The notes below the pieces were generated by a model. It worked only from the letters and a program-made list of their open reading frames with translations, did not search any database and was not told the DNA's origin. DNA of 64,000 bases, from positions 144,014 through 208,013 of the forward strand of contig JBCCHT010000024.1 of the NCBI GenBank assembly GCA_039028615.1, read 5' to 3'. Position numbers and translations under genes: made by a program. Source of the DNA: Myxococcota bacterium. Its GTDB lineage: Bacteria; Myxococcota_A; Polyangia; Nannocystales; Nannocystaceae. Shown piece after piece: positions 19,724-31,534 of this stretch; positions within the stretch are counted from its first letter, which is position 1; the number at the start of each line of letters is the position of its first letter.

Positions 19724-20001
19724 CGGCGTCGTTTCGCGTTGGCTTCGAGCAGGGCGATGCCGGCCAAGGCCGAGGAGCAGCCCACGAGCACCGCGAGGGC
19801 GTTCAGCCACAGAGGGTTCGACAGGCCGATCGCGCGTCCGAGGATGCACATCGTGGTCAACGCGATGCCTCCGCCGAGCAGCAGGACCGCGAGCCAGGGG
19901 GCGTTGTCGCGTTGGCGACGAACGAGTCGCCGAATGCCGGCGACCAGGCCGATGCCCAAGCCGATCATCGCGACGAGGAAGAGCAGGCCTTGCATGGACA
20001 T
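19720..20001 (-). CDS. Small 3-TM membrane protein
   Basis: Three hydrophobic segments. ATGA overlap with the GNAT gene. Confidence 0.65.
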   Translation of the reverse strand: MSMQGLLFLVAMIGLGIGLVAGIRRLVRRQRDNAPWLAVLLLGGGIALTTMCILGRAIGLSNPLWLNALAVLVGCSSALAGIALLEANAKRRR

Positions 20002-20069
20002 CGAACGGTAGCAGAGCGGCAGTCCGGGTGCATTGACGGGGTCGTCGGCGGCTTGCGAGCATCCTTGCC

Positions 20070-21197
20070 GTGGCTCGCCGTCGTTCGCTTTTTATGCTCT
20101 CGGTCGCCGTGTTGTTCGGGTGCAGGGCCGAGTCCGAGTCCGTCGAGCCGGAGGTCACGCCCGAGGTCGAGGCCCCGCCTCCCGTCGAGGCACCGCCGGT
20201 CGTCCGGGTCGAGCCACCGCCCCGGCTGGAGTACGAGTTCACCGCGGTCGACCCGGTCGACGAGCCTGCGGAGGTCATCGAGTTTCGCGACGTCGTGGTG
20301 ACTCCAGACGGGGAGCGTGGCTTTGCAGTGGGGCGGGCCACGTTCGGGGGCAGGGCCGTCTTGCTCGAGCTGAACGAGGGCCGATGGGCGGCGGGGACGT
20401 TGCCGACGCTGCCATCGGGCGCTCAGCTCACCGACGTGGTCACCGATGAGACGGGGCGTCATGCCTGGGCCATCGGCGTGGCGTTGGCGAGCGACGTGAC
20501 GCCGCTCGTGCTGCGTCGCGACGACGCCGTTTGGTCGATGGACGAGGCTGCGCTCGCCGTGCTCGCGGCGATGAGTCCCACCGCCACGCCGTCAGCCATC
20601 GCGTTGACGCCCGATGCCCGCGATGGCTGGCTGTTCGGCGGAGACTTCTCGGAGGAGCAGATGCGCTACGTCGGCGCCTGTGCACGCTTCGACGGCCAGA
20701 CCTGGACCCTCCATCCCGCGCCCGACCATCAAGAGGTCTTTGCGGTGTGGATCAGCCGAGACGGCACGCAGGGCTGGGCCGCGGGGCGGCGAGCAGGGGC
20801 CATGACCTTGAGCGACGGACGCTGGACGCAGACCGAGGTGCTCGCCGACCGGTCGACGGTCGGGGTGTGGTTCGACGACTCCGGGCGCGAGGGCTGGGCC
20901 GTGGGCAACCACATCAGCCGCTTCGAAGAGGGATCATGGGCCACGGTGCTGCCCGAGCAGCAGGAGTACTACCCCGGGCTGTGGTTCCATCCCACGGGGG
21001 CGACCGGCTTCATCGTGGGCGAGCCGGGGCGCGGGGCGGGTCTCGGCTCGCGGTGGATCGACGGACAGTGGGCGCCGCTGACCCACGAGCTGCTCGCGGC
21101 GCAGCAGAACTACGCGGTCGCGCTCTCGGAGGATGCAACGCAAGGGTGGATCGTGGGCAACGGAAACCTGATCCACATGGTCGGCACGCCGCCGTGA
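20070..21197 (+). CDS. Lipoprotein with beta-propeller-like repeats
   Basis: Lipobox LFGC. Repeated 'DG..GWAVG...FDG..W' units. Confidence 0.75.
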   Translation: MARRRSLFMLSVAVLFGCRAESESVEPEVTPEVEAPPPVEAPPVVRVEPPPRLEYEFTAVDPVDEPAEVIEFRDVVVTPDGERGFAVGRATFGGRAVLLELNEGRWAAGTLPTLPSGAQLTDVVTDETGRHAWAIGVALASDVTPLVLRRDDAVWSMDEAALAVLAAMSPTATPSAIALTPDARDGWLFGGDFSEEQMRYVGACARFDGQTWTLHPAPDHQEVFAVWISRDGTQGWAAGRRAGAMTLSDGRWTQTEVLADRSTVGVWFDDSGREGWAVGNHISRFEEGSWATVLPEQQEYYPGLWFHPTGATGFIVGEPGRGAGLGSRWIDGQWAPLTHELLAAQQNYAVALSEDATQGWIVGNGNLIHMVGTPP

Positions 21198-21200
21198 TGC

Positions 21201-22286
21201 TCAGGGAGCGGGCGGCGGTGCGAGCTGGCAGGCGGCCCCTCCCGCGGGGGTCCAGTCGGCGCAGGTCGCCCCGCAGGTACCGCAATCGGTCTCCACGGTT
21301 GCTCCGTCCCGGCAGCGGACGAGCAGCTCGCCGTCGCACCATGCGAGGTCGCCCGCACCTTCGCAGAGGTCTTCGGGCGCCTCGACGCAGGTGAAGCCGG
21401 ATTCGCCCTGGCGCTGACCACAGCGCTCATCCGCGGCGCAGGGCTCCACCTCGAGGTGCCCGTCGACGCAACGGATGGCCGAGCCTCGTCCGCAGACTCC
21501 CTCGGCGTCGATGCCCTCGCAGCCGCGCGTCTGGTCGGCGCGCTCGCGCCATTCGAAGGGCCACCAGTCCGCGAGCACGTCGACGCGGGTGTAGTGGTCG
21601 TCCTGCAGGCAGGAGGCGTGCCCGGAGTCGAGCAGCCCGACGACCCGGACCCGTCCGGCGTCATCGCGAGCGAGCAAGGGTCCGCCCGAGTCTCCCCCGC
21701 AGGCCCCGCTGAAGCCTCGTCCGTGGACGACGACGGTGGTGGGCTCGAGGACGACGATGGGCTCGACGGCAAAGTACAGCCGACCGACTTCGAACGATTC
21801 GGTCGACCCGTACCCAGCGAGCTCGACCGTGGTATCGAGCCAGCCGTCGTGCAGCGCGTCACCGAGCAGCGGGATCGGGTCGAGGTCCGCCCCCAACGCA
21901 TCCGGGTCGATGGAGAGCACGGCCACGTCGAGCTGCGGGTGGACGATGGCGGAGACGACCCCCGTGTCCGGGCGCTCGGGAGTCCAGTAGCCGACGCGGA
22001 GCCGATCGGCGGTTGCCGGGTCGATGCAGTGCCCGGCGGTGAGCACGATGCCGGGCCTCACCACGACGCCGCTGCAGATCGTCTCACGGTCGGGTGGATA
22101 CACGGCGACTAGGGCCGCGAGCTGCTGCGGCCCGAGACCGAGGCTCGGCGACTGCTCGACCCCGTGGTAGATGCGCGGCGCTTGGCATTGGTCTTCGACG
22201 ACGGTCGATCGGTCGTCGCAGCCGAGGGTCGTGGCGGCTATCGTCGTGACGAGCAACGCCGTCGCCCATGCCTGGTGTCGACGCAT
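21201..22286 (-). CDS. Trypsin-like (S1) serine protease lipoprotein with Cys-rich C-terminus
   Basis: LTAGHC, DVAVL and GDSGGP triad. Lipobox TLGC. Cys-rich tail. Confidence 0.9.
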   Translation of the reverse strand: MRRHQAWATALLVTTIAATTLGCDDRSTVVEDQCQAPRIYHGVEQSPSLGLGPQQLAALVAVYPPDRETICSGVVVRPGIVLTAGHCIDPATADRLRVGYWTPERPDTGVVSAIVHPQLDVAVLSIDPDALGADLDPIPLLGDALHDGWLDTTVELAGYGSTESFEVGRLYFAVEPIVVLEPTTVVVHGRGFSGACGGDSGGPLLARDDAGRVRVVGLLDSGHASCLQDDHYTRVDVLADWWPFEWRERADQTRGCEGIDAEGVCGRGSAIRCVDGHLEVEPCAADERCGQRQGESGFTCVEAPEDLCEGAGDLAWCDGELLVRCRDGATVETDCGTCGATCADWTPAGGAACQLAPPPAP

Positions 22287-22538
22287 ACCCATCTCAACCG
22301 CGCAGGGGATCACCTGCATGGGCGCCCAGGACTGCGGTGAAAGGGCCTGAAATGTCGCGCCGGGAGGGCCGTGTTGGGCGGGCAATCATGCGTATGGGTC
22401 ATGTTCCCGATGGGCGCCGAGCGGATCACTCGGAATGCACGGGCACCGATTCGCGCCGCCAAGACCCGCGAGCGTCCGCATGTAGCACCGTTTTCGGCCC
22501 ATTTGCGGAGGCGGCTCGGCAGTACGATGGGCGCACTC

Positions 22539-24629
22539 ATGCCGGCCAAGTCACGCTCCAAGAAGAAATCGTCTCGCCGAGGTTCCGCCAAGTCGTCAGG
22601 CGTCGAACGAGAGATCACGAGCTTCGCGATCCATCCCGCGATCGGCGTGGCCCGGGTGGGGAATGCCCCCAAGCAGTACTTCTTGGCGCCGGAGGCTCCG
22701 GGCATGCTGCCCGACCCCGACGGCCCCGTGCCGGGTCGCGAAGACGACTGGCGCCCCGGCTACAAGGACGACGAAGGACGCATCAAGCGGCAGGCCTGTC
22801 GCTTTCGCATCTATGGTCTCGATGCTCGCGGGCGCGTGGTCAAGGAGATCACCGCGGACGATGCCCATATCGAGTGGCGGGTCCATCTCGCCGCTCGCAA
22901 GGCGGCTTGGTACCAGTTCAACAATGCGATGGACCTTGGCGAGCACGCCAAGGAAGCGTTGATGCGCAACGCCGGCACCGACCGGAAGAAGCTCGCCATC
23001 ACGCCTCCGCCCGCGTCGATCTCGGGCCGCAACACGAACGCCAGCGGCGGCGACCGGAGCTGCCGCATCGCCGGTCGTATCATGGGCAAGTACCCGGCGG
23101 TCCTCGGCGAGCTCCGTAGCGATGACAAGGGGCGACTCGTGGTCTTGGGTGGGCCCGGGGACGCCAACAGCTTCACCGGGTTCATCAACCCCATCACCAC
23201 CTTCGCCAACAACGAGGGCTGGTACGACGACATCGCCGACGGGCCCGTGCGGGCGACCGTGCGTCTCAAGGGCAGCCGGCAGAAGCACGAGGCCGAGCCC
23301 GCCTTCGTGGCCACCACGCCGCCCAACTACGGGCCCGGCCTGCTCGGAGTGGTGACCATGTACGACGTGGCCCTCGACCTGTTCCACCGCGAGTCGGTCG
23401 GCGGCGAGCCCCCCATCCCGCTGCCGGAGCGGCCGTCCTTTGCCCGGCACATCTACCCGATCTTGGAGCGGCTGGTGAACACCCAGTGGGTCAACGACGG
23501 GTTCTTCGTGCTGTTCGGAGACGGGTCCGCGGCCGACTTCACCACGCCCGAGCGATTGCGGCGGTTGTCGACGTTGGGCAACACTCCGGCGCAGCGACGG
23601 CAGCACGAGCGAGCGCGGCAGGCCGTGTTCGCGTGGTTCCGCGATCCGGCGTCGACCAAGCCCGAGCCGGCCGAGGTCCCACCCTTCTACGGCGATGCGT
23701 TCGGGGATTTCTCGGGCCTGCCCAACGACGAGCTCGCCGTGACCCACACGCAGTACGGCTGGCTGCAGCAGTGGGCCAAAGGCGACTTCGACGAGGACTT
23801 CAGGCGACCGCGCAAGCCGGTGCCGCTCGAGTCGCTGGCGATCGCCAAGCAGCCGCACGCGCTCGACCGAGCCCACCTCGAGGACATCCTCGGTGGCCCC
23901 TTCCACCCGGGGATCGAGATCACGTGGACCATGCGTCGCGCCAGCATGTGGAAGGCGCCCTTCCGCCTCAACGTGCTGCCCGAGGGCCAGCAGCCCCGCG
24001 ACGACTTCGGGCCGATCTTGCGACCCGATGTCTGCCTCGGCCCCGATGGCCCGCTCAACGCGAGCGGCCCGGGCAGCCTGACGCGCTGGATGGGGACGCC
24101 GTGGCAGACCGACTCGGCGAGCTGCCTGTCGGGCTACGACGCCTCGTACTACCTGCCCTTGCCCAGCTTCTGGGCGGCGCGCATTCCCAACCAAGTCCTC
24201 AGTCGTTTTTCGTACGAAAAGAGCATCGACCCCGCGGGGACACCGGTGCAGCGCCAGCGCTTCTTCAGCCAGCGCTCCGATTGGCTGCGCGATCTGGCGC
24301 CCAGCGGTAACGCCCGGCGGCAGGACATGGTCGAAAACTGGTGGAAGCTCGGCATCGTGGTGCCGATGCCGGCTCCCCGTGGGCGGCAGCGGATCGTCGA
24401 CGGCACCAAGGTGTGGATCGAGTCTGGGCGCAACGCCCAGTTCACGGTGAACGACCCCACCCGCAAGATGGTCGAGCGAGCGCAGGAGCAGGTCGGGCCC
24501 GCGCTGGACGGCAAGGGGACCGAGCAATCCCACGTCGCGCTCGCCCAGCGCGAGCCTCCCGAGGGCGAGGACGCCCGCACCGTGCACATCGCCAATCGTC
24601 GCCGGGTCTACGGGCGTAGCGACCGTTGA
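22539..24629 (+). CDS. lodA: LodA/GoxA-family cysteine tryptophylquinone (CTQ) oxidase
   Basis: IHPAIGVARVGN, RIKRQACRFRIYG, FANNEGWYDDIADGPV, GGPFHPGIE, MGTPWQTDSASC...FWAARIP. Start may be 22527. Confidence 0.9.
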   Translation: MPAKSRSKKKSSRRGSAKSSGVEREITSFAIHPAIGVARVGNAPKQYFLAPEAPGMLPDPDGPVPGREDDWRPGYKDDEGRIKRQACRFRIYGLDARGRVVKEITADDAHIEWRVHLAARKAAWYQFNNAMDLGEHAKEALMRNAGTDRKKLAITPPPASISGRNTNASGGDRSCRIAGRIMGKYPAVLGELRSDDKGRLVVLGGPGDANSFTGFINPITTFANNEGWYDDIADGPVRATVRLKGSRQKHEAEPAFVATTPPNYGPGLLGVVTMYDVALDLFHRESVGGEPPIPLPERPSFARHIYPILERLVNTQWVNDGFFVLFGDGSAADFTTPERLRRLSTLGNTPAQRRQHERARQAVFAWFRDPASTKPEPAEVPPFYGDAFGDFSGLPNDELAVTHTQYGWLQQWAKGDFDEDFRRPRKPVPLESLAIAKQPHALDRAHLEDILGGPFHPGIEITWTMRRASMWKAPFRLNVLPEGQQPRDDFGPILRPDVCLGPDGPLNASGPGSLTRWMGTPWQTDSASCLSGYDASYYLPLPSFWAARIPNQVLSRFSYEKSIDPAGTPVQRQRFFSQRSDWLRDLAPSGNARRQDMVENWWKLGIVVPMPAPRGRQRIVDGTKVWIESGRNAQFTVNDPTRKMVERAQEQVGPALDGKGTEQSHVALAQREPPEGEDARTVHIANRRRVYGRSDR

Positions 24630-25753
24630 GCCGCAGCGTTCCCAAGGTCATCGTCCTCGGCGGGGGTCCGGCGGGGGCGGTGGCGGCCATGGTGCTGGCC
24701 CGGGGCGGTGTCGAGGTCGCCGTGTTCGAGGCCAGCGCGGGCCCAGAGCCCAAGATCGGCGAGAACCTGCCGCCCGCGCTGCGACCCTTGCTCGAGCGAC
24801 TGGGCCTCTCGTCGCTGCTCGAGGCGGCGGGGCATGTGCGATGCCACGGGCACCGCTCGGTGTGGGGCGGCGACGAGCCGGTGGAGGAGGACTTCTTGTT
24901 CGGGACCTTCGGCTCGGGGTGGCACCTCGATCGGGCGCGGTTCGAAGGCATGCTGGCCGAGGCCGCGGTCGAAGCGGGCGCGCGCTGGGGCTGGGACCAT
25001 CACGCGGTGGATGCTCGCTGGAGCGCGGGGCGGTGGACCCTGGAGGTCGAAGCTCCGTCGGCGCTCATCGAGGTCCAGGCCGACTTCGTGATCGATGCGA
25101 CGGGGCGTCCCGCTCGGTTCGCCCGCGGCGCGGGAGCGCGACGTCGGCAGCTCGACAAGCTGGTCGGGGTGGCGGTGACCCTGGAGTCGCCCGCGGGAGC
25201 CTCGGCGTTGGCTCTCGACGGGTTCACGCTGGTGGAGGCTCGGCCCGATGGGTGGTGGTACACGGCACCGCTCGCGGGGGAACGAGCGGTGGCGATGTTC
25301 ATGACCGATGGCGACCGCTTGAGCGCCAGCGGGCTGCGTAGCGCCGAGGGCTGGTCGGCGGCGCTGCGAGAGACGACCCAGACCCGTGGGCGGCTCGACG
25401 GGGCCTTCGACCTCGTCTCCGTCGAGCCCCGGGTCATGCCGGCCGGCAGCGCCTGGCTCGAGCACGCGACGGGGCCGGGATGGCTCGCGGTGGGCGACGC
25501 GGCGATGGCCTTCGACCCGCTGTCCTCGCACGGCATGGGCTCGGGCATGACCACGGGCTACTACGGAGCGTGTGCGGTGGCCGAGCACCTCGCCGGCAAT
25601 CCCGATGCCCTGGAGACCTACGAGGTGCTGGTGCACGGGATGTTCGACGACTACCTCGAGCGGCTGCACCAGCACTACCGACTCGAGCAGCGGTGGCCGA
25701 GCGCGCCCTTCTGGTCGCGTCGCCACCACCCCATGGCCCGGGCCACGGCCTAG
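24626..25753 (+). CDS. lodB: LodB/GoxB-family FAD-dependent oxidoreductase (CTQ maturation)
   Basis: GGGPAG, KIGENLPP, DATGR, VGDAAMAFDPLSSHG. TTG start overlaps the lodA stop. Confidence 0.88.
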   Translation: MSRSVPKVIVLGGGPAGAVAAMVLARGGVEVAVFEASAGPEPKIGENLPPALRPLLERLGLSSLLEAAGHVRCHGHRSVWGGDEPVEEDFLFGTFGSGWHLDRARFEGMLAEAAVEAGARWGWDHHAVDARWSAGRWTLEVEAPSALIEVQADFVIDATGRPARFARGAGARRRQLDKLVGVAVTLESPAGASALALDGFTLVEARPDGWWYTAPLAGERAVAMFMTDGDRLSASGLRSAEGWSAALRETTQTRGRLDGAFDLVSVEPRVMPAGSAWLEHATGPGWLAVGDAAMAFDPLSSHGMGSGMTTGYYGACAVAEHLAGNPDALETYEVLVHGMFDDYLERLHQHYRLEQRWPSAPFWSRRHHPMARATA

Positions 25754-26304
25754 CTCGTGGAGTCGAAGGCGGCGCGGACGTGCTCTTCCGCCTTGAGAGC
25801 GCGGTACGAGACCGTCTTGATCGACACGTCCAGGAGCGCCGCAGCCTCTTCGAGCGACAGCCCTTCGACCTGGCGGAGCACGAAGGCGTCGCGTTTGTCG
25901 GCATCCAGGCCCCGCAGCGCTCCTTCGAGGGTCCGCAGCAGCTGGGGCTCGCCCGCATCCCCTTCGGCGAGCTCGGCTGACTCGTTGCGGCTGCGCCAGC
26001 GTCTCCATAGGCCCCGTCGTCGCTGCTGGGAGCGACGGTGGTCGCGAAGCAGGTTGTAGGCGATCCCGTGGAGCCACGAGCCCATCGCGTCCGGGTCCTT
26101 CACCGTATCGAGTCGACGCAAGGCGACGAGGAAGGTGTCCTGAGTGAGGTCGCGCGACAGGTCGGCGTTGCCCGTGAGCCAGTACAGCCGTTGGTTCACC
26201 GCCGACGCGTGCGTCTCGTACAGCTCCCGGAGCGCATCGTCACCTTCGGTGGTGGCTTCGGGGGCAGGGGCCGGCACGGCCACGAGCTTGGGGGCGGCGC
26301 TCAT
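25750..26304 (-). CDS. ECF sigma factor
   Basis: Region 2 DLTQDTF..WLHGIAYN. Region 4 RDAFVLRQVEGLSLEEAAALLDV. Confidence 0.9.
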   Translation of the reverse strand: MSAAPKLVAVPAPAPEATTEGDDALRELYETHASAVNQRLYWLTGNADLSRDLTQDTFLVALRRLDTVKDPDAMGSWLHGIAYNLLRDHRRSQQRRRGLWRRWRSRNESAELAEGDAGEPQLLRTLEGALRGLDADKRDAFVLRQVEGLSLEEAAALLDVSIKTVSYRALKAEEHVRAAFDSTS

Positions 26305-27440
26305 CGTGGACCCCCGACGTTCGTGGTGGGTCGTGGTTCATCGAGCGGCCGCGCTCGTTTGTCTCCCATGCGGAAGCCTCGGGCGCGATACAGCGAGGGC
26401 TCGGGCCTCGAGCCCTGGCGGACGTCGTGCGCCGCTCCAGTGCCGACCCAGCCGACGCGCCACAGGCCCGAGACATGGTTGGGGAGGGCCAAGCCGACCA
26501 CGCTCAGCCCCATGAGGGCGACGAGCAGGAGGCGGGCCAAGCGGGCGCCGCGGCGACCCAGAGGCGGTCGATCGGGGGTCTTGTCACCGAACGCGGAGGC
26601 CAGGATCGGTACCGACAACAACACCTGCACCGCCGCCGTCGTGGCGAGCATGGCCGCCACGGGGAGCGACAAGGACAGCGACTCGCCCAGGGCCAAGGCC
26701 GCGATGGCGACATTGGCGAGGATGTTGAGCAGCAACGCCCAGGTTCGCAGGCGCACGATGCCCCAGGCGGCGATTGCCATGATCAGGCCACACCACAGCG
26801 GAGGGGTGAGGACCATGCGCATCGCGGCGAGGGGAACGATGAACTCGAGCCCTACGCCGGGGGGAGGCCCGGCGACGAAGATCTGCGCGTTGTCGACGAT
26901 CCCGGAGAAGAGCAGGGTCTGCGCGTCGGCCATGGCCATGACCGCGGCGAGCAGCAGGTGCCCGCGAAACGCCAGCGGCCGGAAGGACCCGCTCGACAGC
27001 CCGAGCCCGCGGCCTCGCAGCGCGAGCAGGGTGATGCCCGCCCCGATGGCGATGGCCGGGCCCGTCCAGCTGAAGACGCGCAGGCCCCAGGTCGAGACGA
27101 CGACCCCGATGAGCAGGCTCGACCACGCCACGGCGCGCACGAACATCTGGCGGCCGAGATCGCGGGTGGAGAGGTTGCCGATCGCCCAGAACAACATGAG
27201 CATCGGCAGCAACACGGCGAAGGCTCGCCCGTGGATGGGGCTGAGGATCACCAGATCGAGCACGGCCATGACGACGAAGCCGAGCGCCGACAGGCTCAGC
27301 CCGGCCCGGGCCCAGGCCGCCTGTCGGGCGTCGGGCATCTGCGGATCGAGCCCCTGGTCACGCCCGCGGAGCACCTGCTCCACGGGTGCGGGCTCGATGG
27401 ATCGGGTTTTCAGCAGCTGCAGTGCGCGGTCGTAGCTCAC
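26301..27440 (-). CDS. Polytopic membrane protein translationally coupled to the ECF sigma gene
   Basis: AGGAGG RBS before GTG, about 9 hydrophobic segments, ATGA overlap with the sigma start. Confidence 0.8.
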   Translation of the reverse strand: MSYDRALQLLKTRSIEPAPVEQVLRGRDQGLDPQMPDARQAAWARAGLSLSALGFVVMAVLDLVILSPIHGRAFAVLLPMLMLFWAIGNLSTRDLGRQMFVRAVAWSSLLIGVVVSTWGLRVFSWTGPAIAIGAGITLLALRGRGLGLSSGSFRPLAFRGHLLLAAVMAMADAQTLLFSGIVDNAQIFVAGPPPGVGLEFIVPLAAMRMVLTPPLWCGLIMAIAAWGIVRLRTWALLLNILANVAIAALALGESLSLSLPVAAMLATTAAVQVLLSVPILASAFGDKTPDRPPLGRRGARLARLLLVALMGLSVVGLALPNHVSGLWRVGWVGTGAAHDVRQGSRPEPSLYRARGFRMGDKRARPLDEPRPTTNVGGPR

Positions 27441-27542
27441 GGGTTCCTCCTCATTTCGACGACCTGGTGGTGCGAGGAGGGGCTGATTCTCAACCGCGAC
27501 GAAGAAAAAATCACATCGCGACGCGTGAGATGCGCTGGGCGG

Positions 27543-29162
<1,620 letters not shown>

Positions 29163-29207
29163 CGGTCGCGCGCATCCTACACCGTCTACGAGGACGGACG
29201 AGGAGCG

Positions 29208-30353
29208 CTATGACCGGGTGTCGACACGGGGGTGAGTGAGGCGGCGCAGCAGTCGTTCGCCCGGTCCGGCGCCGAAGCGAGCGAGCCACGGCCCGCTCAT
29301 CGCGATCTGGAAGAGCACGAGCATCACGGCGACCGTCATCGCTTCGGTCGCGCCGCGTCGTCCCCACTGGCCCAGGCCGATGCCGTAGAAGAGCACGGCC
29401 ATCGCGAGCGACTGGGTCAGGTAGTGGGTCAGCGACAGCCGCCCGGCGGCCCGCAGCGCCTTCGTGACGACGCCCCCCCGACTCAGCATCGGCCACAGCA
29501 GGGTGGCCCAGGCGAGGCTGCCGAGGGGAATGGCGACTGCGTAGACGAGGTCGCGGAGCACACCGAGACCCGAGGGCGGATGCGCGGGCACGCTGGCCAT
29601 GGCACCGAGGACCAGGTTGGCGAAGACGGCGAAGAGCACGAGCGCGAGCCGAGGGCGACCCCGAAGCGTGGGCCGTAGCCGCACCCCGAGCATGCCGAGG
29701 ATGAACAGCCCCAGCAGCCGAGGGAAGCGGCCAGAATCGACAGCGAGGACCCAGCGTTGCTCGACGAAGGCCCAGTTGGCGGTGAGCAGCTCGGCGTAGT
29801 TGCCCGTGCCGAAGACCGGGAGCAGCTCGGCCGGCCCGTGTCCGAGCCCGGGTGGGGAGGGGGCGTCGGCGAGCCGTTCGAGTACGAATCGCGCGAGGCT
29901 GAGGACCACGGGCAGGGCCAGGCACACGAGCGCGGCGATGGCCAGGCGTCGGGTCGGCCAGCGACGGAGCCAGTACAGCGGGAGGGCTGCGACGGCGTAG
30001 AGGCTGATGATGTCGCCGAACCACAGCAGGCTGGCGTGGGCGCAGCCGATCAGCAGCAGGGCCAGCAAGCGACGTCGCACCACCGCGGCCACGTCGAGCC
30101 CGCGCGCCTGGGCCGAGTCGGTCATGAGGGCGAAGCCCGCCCCGAAGATGAGCGAGAACAGCCCGTAGAACTTGCCGTCGACCAGCACGTGCAGCGAATG
30201 CTCCACCACGCCGTCGATGGCGGGCGCGGCGAAGAGGGCCCGTTGCTCTGGTCCGGTGACGGCATAGCCGGAAAACCACATCACGTTGCCCAGCACGATG
30301 CCGGCCAGGGCGAAGCCGCGAAGGGCATCGAGCGCGTCGATACGCTCGCTCAT
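29208..30353 (-). CDS. DUF418 (YeiB-like) membrane protein
   Basis: RIDALDALRGFALAGI, GKFYGLFSLIFGAGF, WFGDI, GRLSLTHYLTQS, GPGE. Confidence 0.9.
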   Translation of the reverse strand: MSERIDALDALRGFALAGIVLGNVMWFSGYAVTGPEQRALFAAPAIDGVVEHSLHVLVDGKFYGLFSLIFGAGFALMTDSAQARGLDVAAVVRRRLLALLLIGCAHASLLWFGDIISLYAVAALPLYWLRRWPTRRLAIAALVCLALPVVLSLARFVLERLADAPSPPGLGHGPAELLPVFGTGNYAELLTANWAFVEQRWVLAVDSGRFPRLLGLFILGMLGVRLRPTLRGRPRLALVLFAVFANLVLGAMASVPAHPPSGLGVLRDLVYAVAIPLGSLAWATLLWPMLSRGGVVTKALRAAGRLSLTHYLTQSLAMAVLFYGIGLGQWGRRGATEAMTVAVMLVLFQIAMSGPWLARFGAGPGERLLRRLTHPRVDTRS

Positions 30354-31534
30354 CCCGGCCCCCGGGGCGTACGCCACCACCACAGTCCATAGATGGTTGC
30401 GCCGAACAAGGGCAGTGCGACCAGGATGGCCAAGACCGCGTCCACGCCGACCTCGTCCCAGACGACGCCCAGTACCAGCGGGCAGGCGATGGCCGAGGCA
30501 CTCCTCACCGCGTCTTGGAGGGCCAGCATCCGCCCCTTGGCCGCGGCCGAGACCCGCGTGGAGACGAAGGTCGGGATCACGATCGATGCGACGATCTCAC
30601 CCAGGGTCCAGACTACGGTGCACAGCAGCAGCGCGGCGATGGATTGACCGACCGCGAGGATCGTCAGGCCGCTGCCCCACAGCAGGGCGGCCATCACCAT
30701 CATCGCCGCCTCGTTTCGACCTCGGATCAAGCGCTCGATGGGGAAGCTCAGGGCCAGGATGCACGCGGCGTTGATCGAGTACACCACGCCGACGAACACC
30801 AGGGCCCGGTCGAAGGTCGTACCCACCAGGATCGGCACTGCGTACTCGAGGCCCATGAGCGGCGCGACGACGAACAGGCTCGCGAGGCAGAACCCGGTGG
30901 TGAGCGGGTGGCTCGCCCACACGCGCACCACCGAGGTCGTGTCCTCGGCGGAAGCAGCACGCAGCGAGCCGAGCGCGGGCACGCCGAGCGCGATGAACCC
31001 CGCGCAGGCCGCCGACAGCGCGATGTCACCGATGAAGATCCATAGATAGGACGCCGTGGCGATGAGCCCCCCGAGCAGCGGGCCGAGCCCCATGCCCACG
31101 TTGATGCAGACATAGTTGACGGTATAGGCAAAGGGCCTCGTCGCCAGCGGGGTGAGGTCGGCGATGAGCGCATTGGCAGCCGGGGTGTACATGCCCGAGC
31201 CCGCCAGCGCGATGGCCAGCGCGAGCGCATACGCGGCGTCGGAGGGCAGCTCCATCGCGAGCAGGGCGAGGCCGACGATGTTGATGGCGATGGCTGCCAG
31301 CAGCGTGGGCCGACGACCGACGCGATCGGCGAGGTGCCCCCCGACAACGTTGCCCAGCAGCAGGCCGATGCCACCGGCCGCAATCACGCGACCGGTGGCG
31401 GCGAAGCTCATACCGCGCCCCTGAGATAGATAGATCGTCAGGTAGGGGACGACGAAGGTGCCGAGTCGCGTGGCGACCGTGCCCGCGAATAGATAGTGCA
31501 GCGGGCGCGGTAGCTGGCGCAGGCGCTCAAGCAA
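30350..31534 (-). CDS. MFS transporter (probable exporter)
   Basis: Motif A GGHLADRVGRR, about 12 TM. Overlaps both neighbours. Confidence 0.9.
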   Translation of the reverse strand: MLERLRQLPRPLHYLFAGTVATRLGTFVVPYLTIYLSQGRGMSFAATGRVIAAGGIGLLLGNVVGGHLADRVGRRPTLLAAIAINIVGLALLAMELPSDAAYALALAIALAGSGMYTPAANALIADLTPLATRPFAYTVNYVCINVGMGLGPLLGGLIATASYLWIFIGDIALSAACAGFIALGVPALGSLRAASAEDTTSVVRVWASHPLTTGFCLASLFVVAPLMGLEYAVPILVGTTFDRALVFVGVVYSINAACILALSFPIERLIRGRNEAAMMVMAALLWGSGLTILAVGQSIAALLLCTVVWTLGEIVASIVIPTFVSTRVSAAAKGRMLALQDAVRSASAIACPLVLGVVWDEVGVDAVLAILVALPLFGATIYGLWWWRTPRGPG

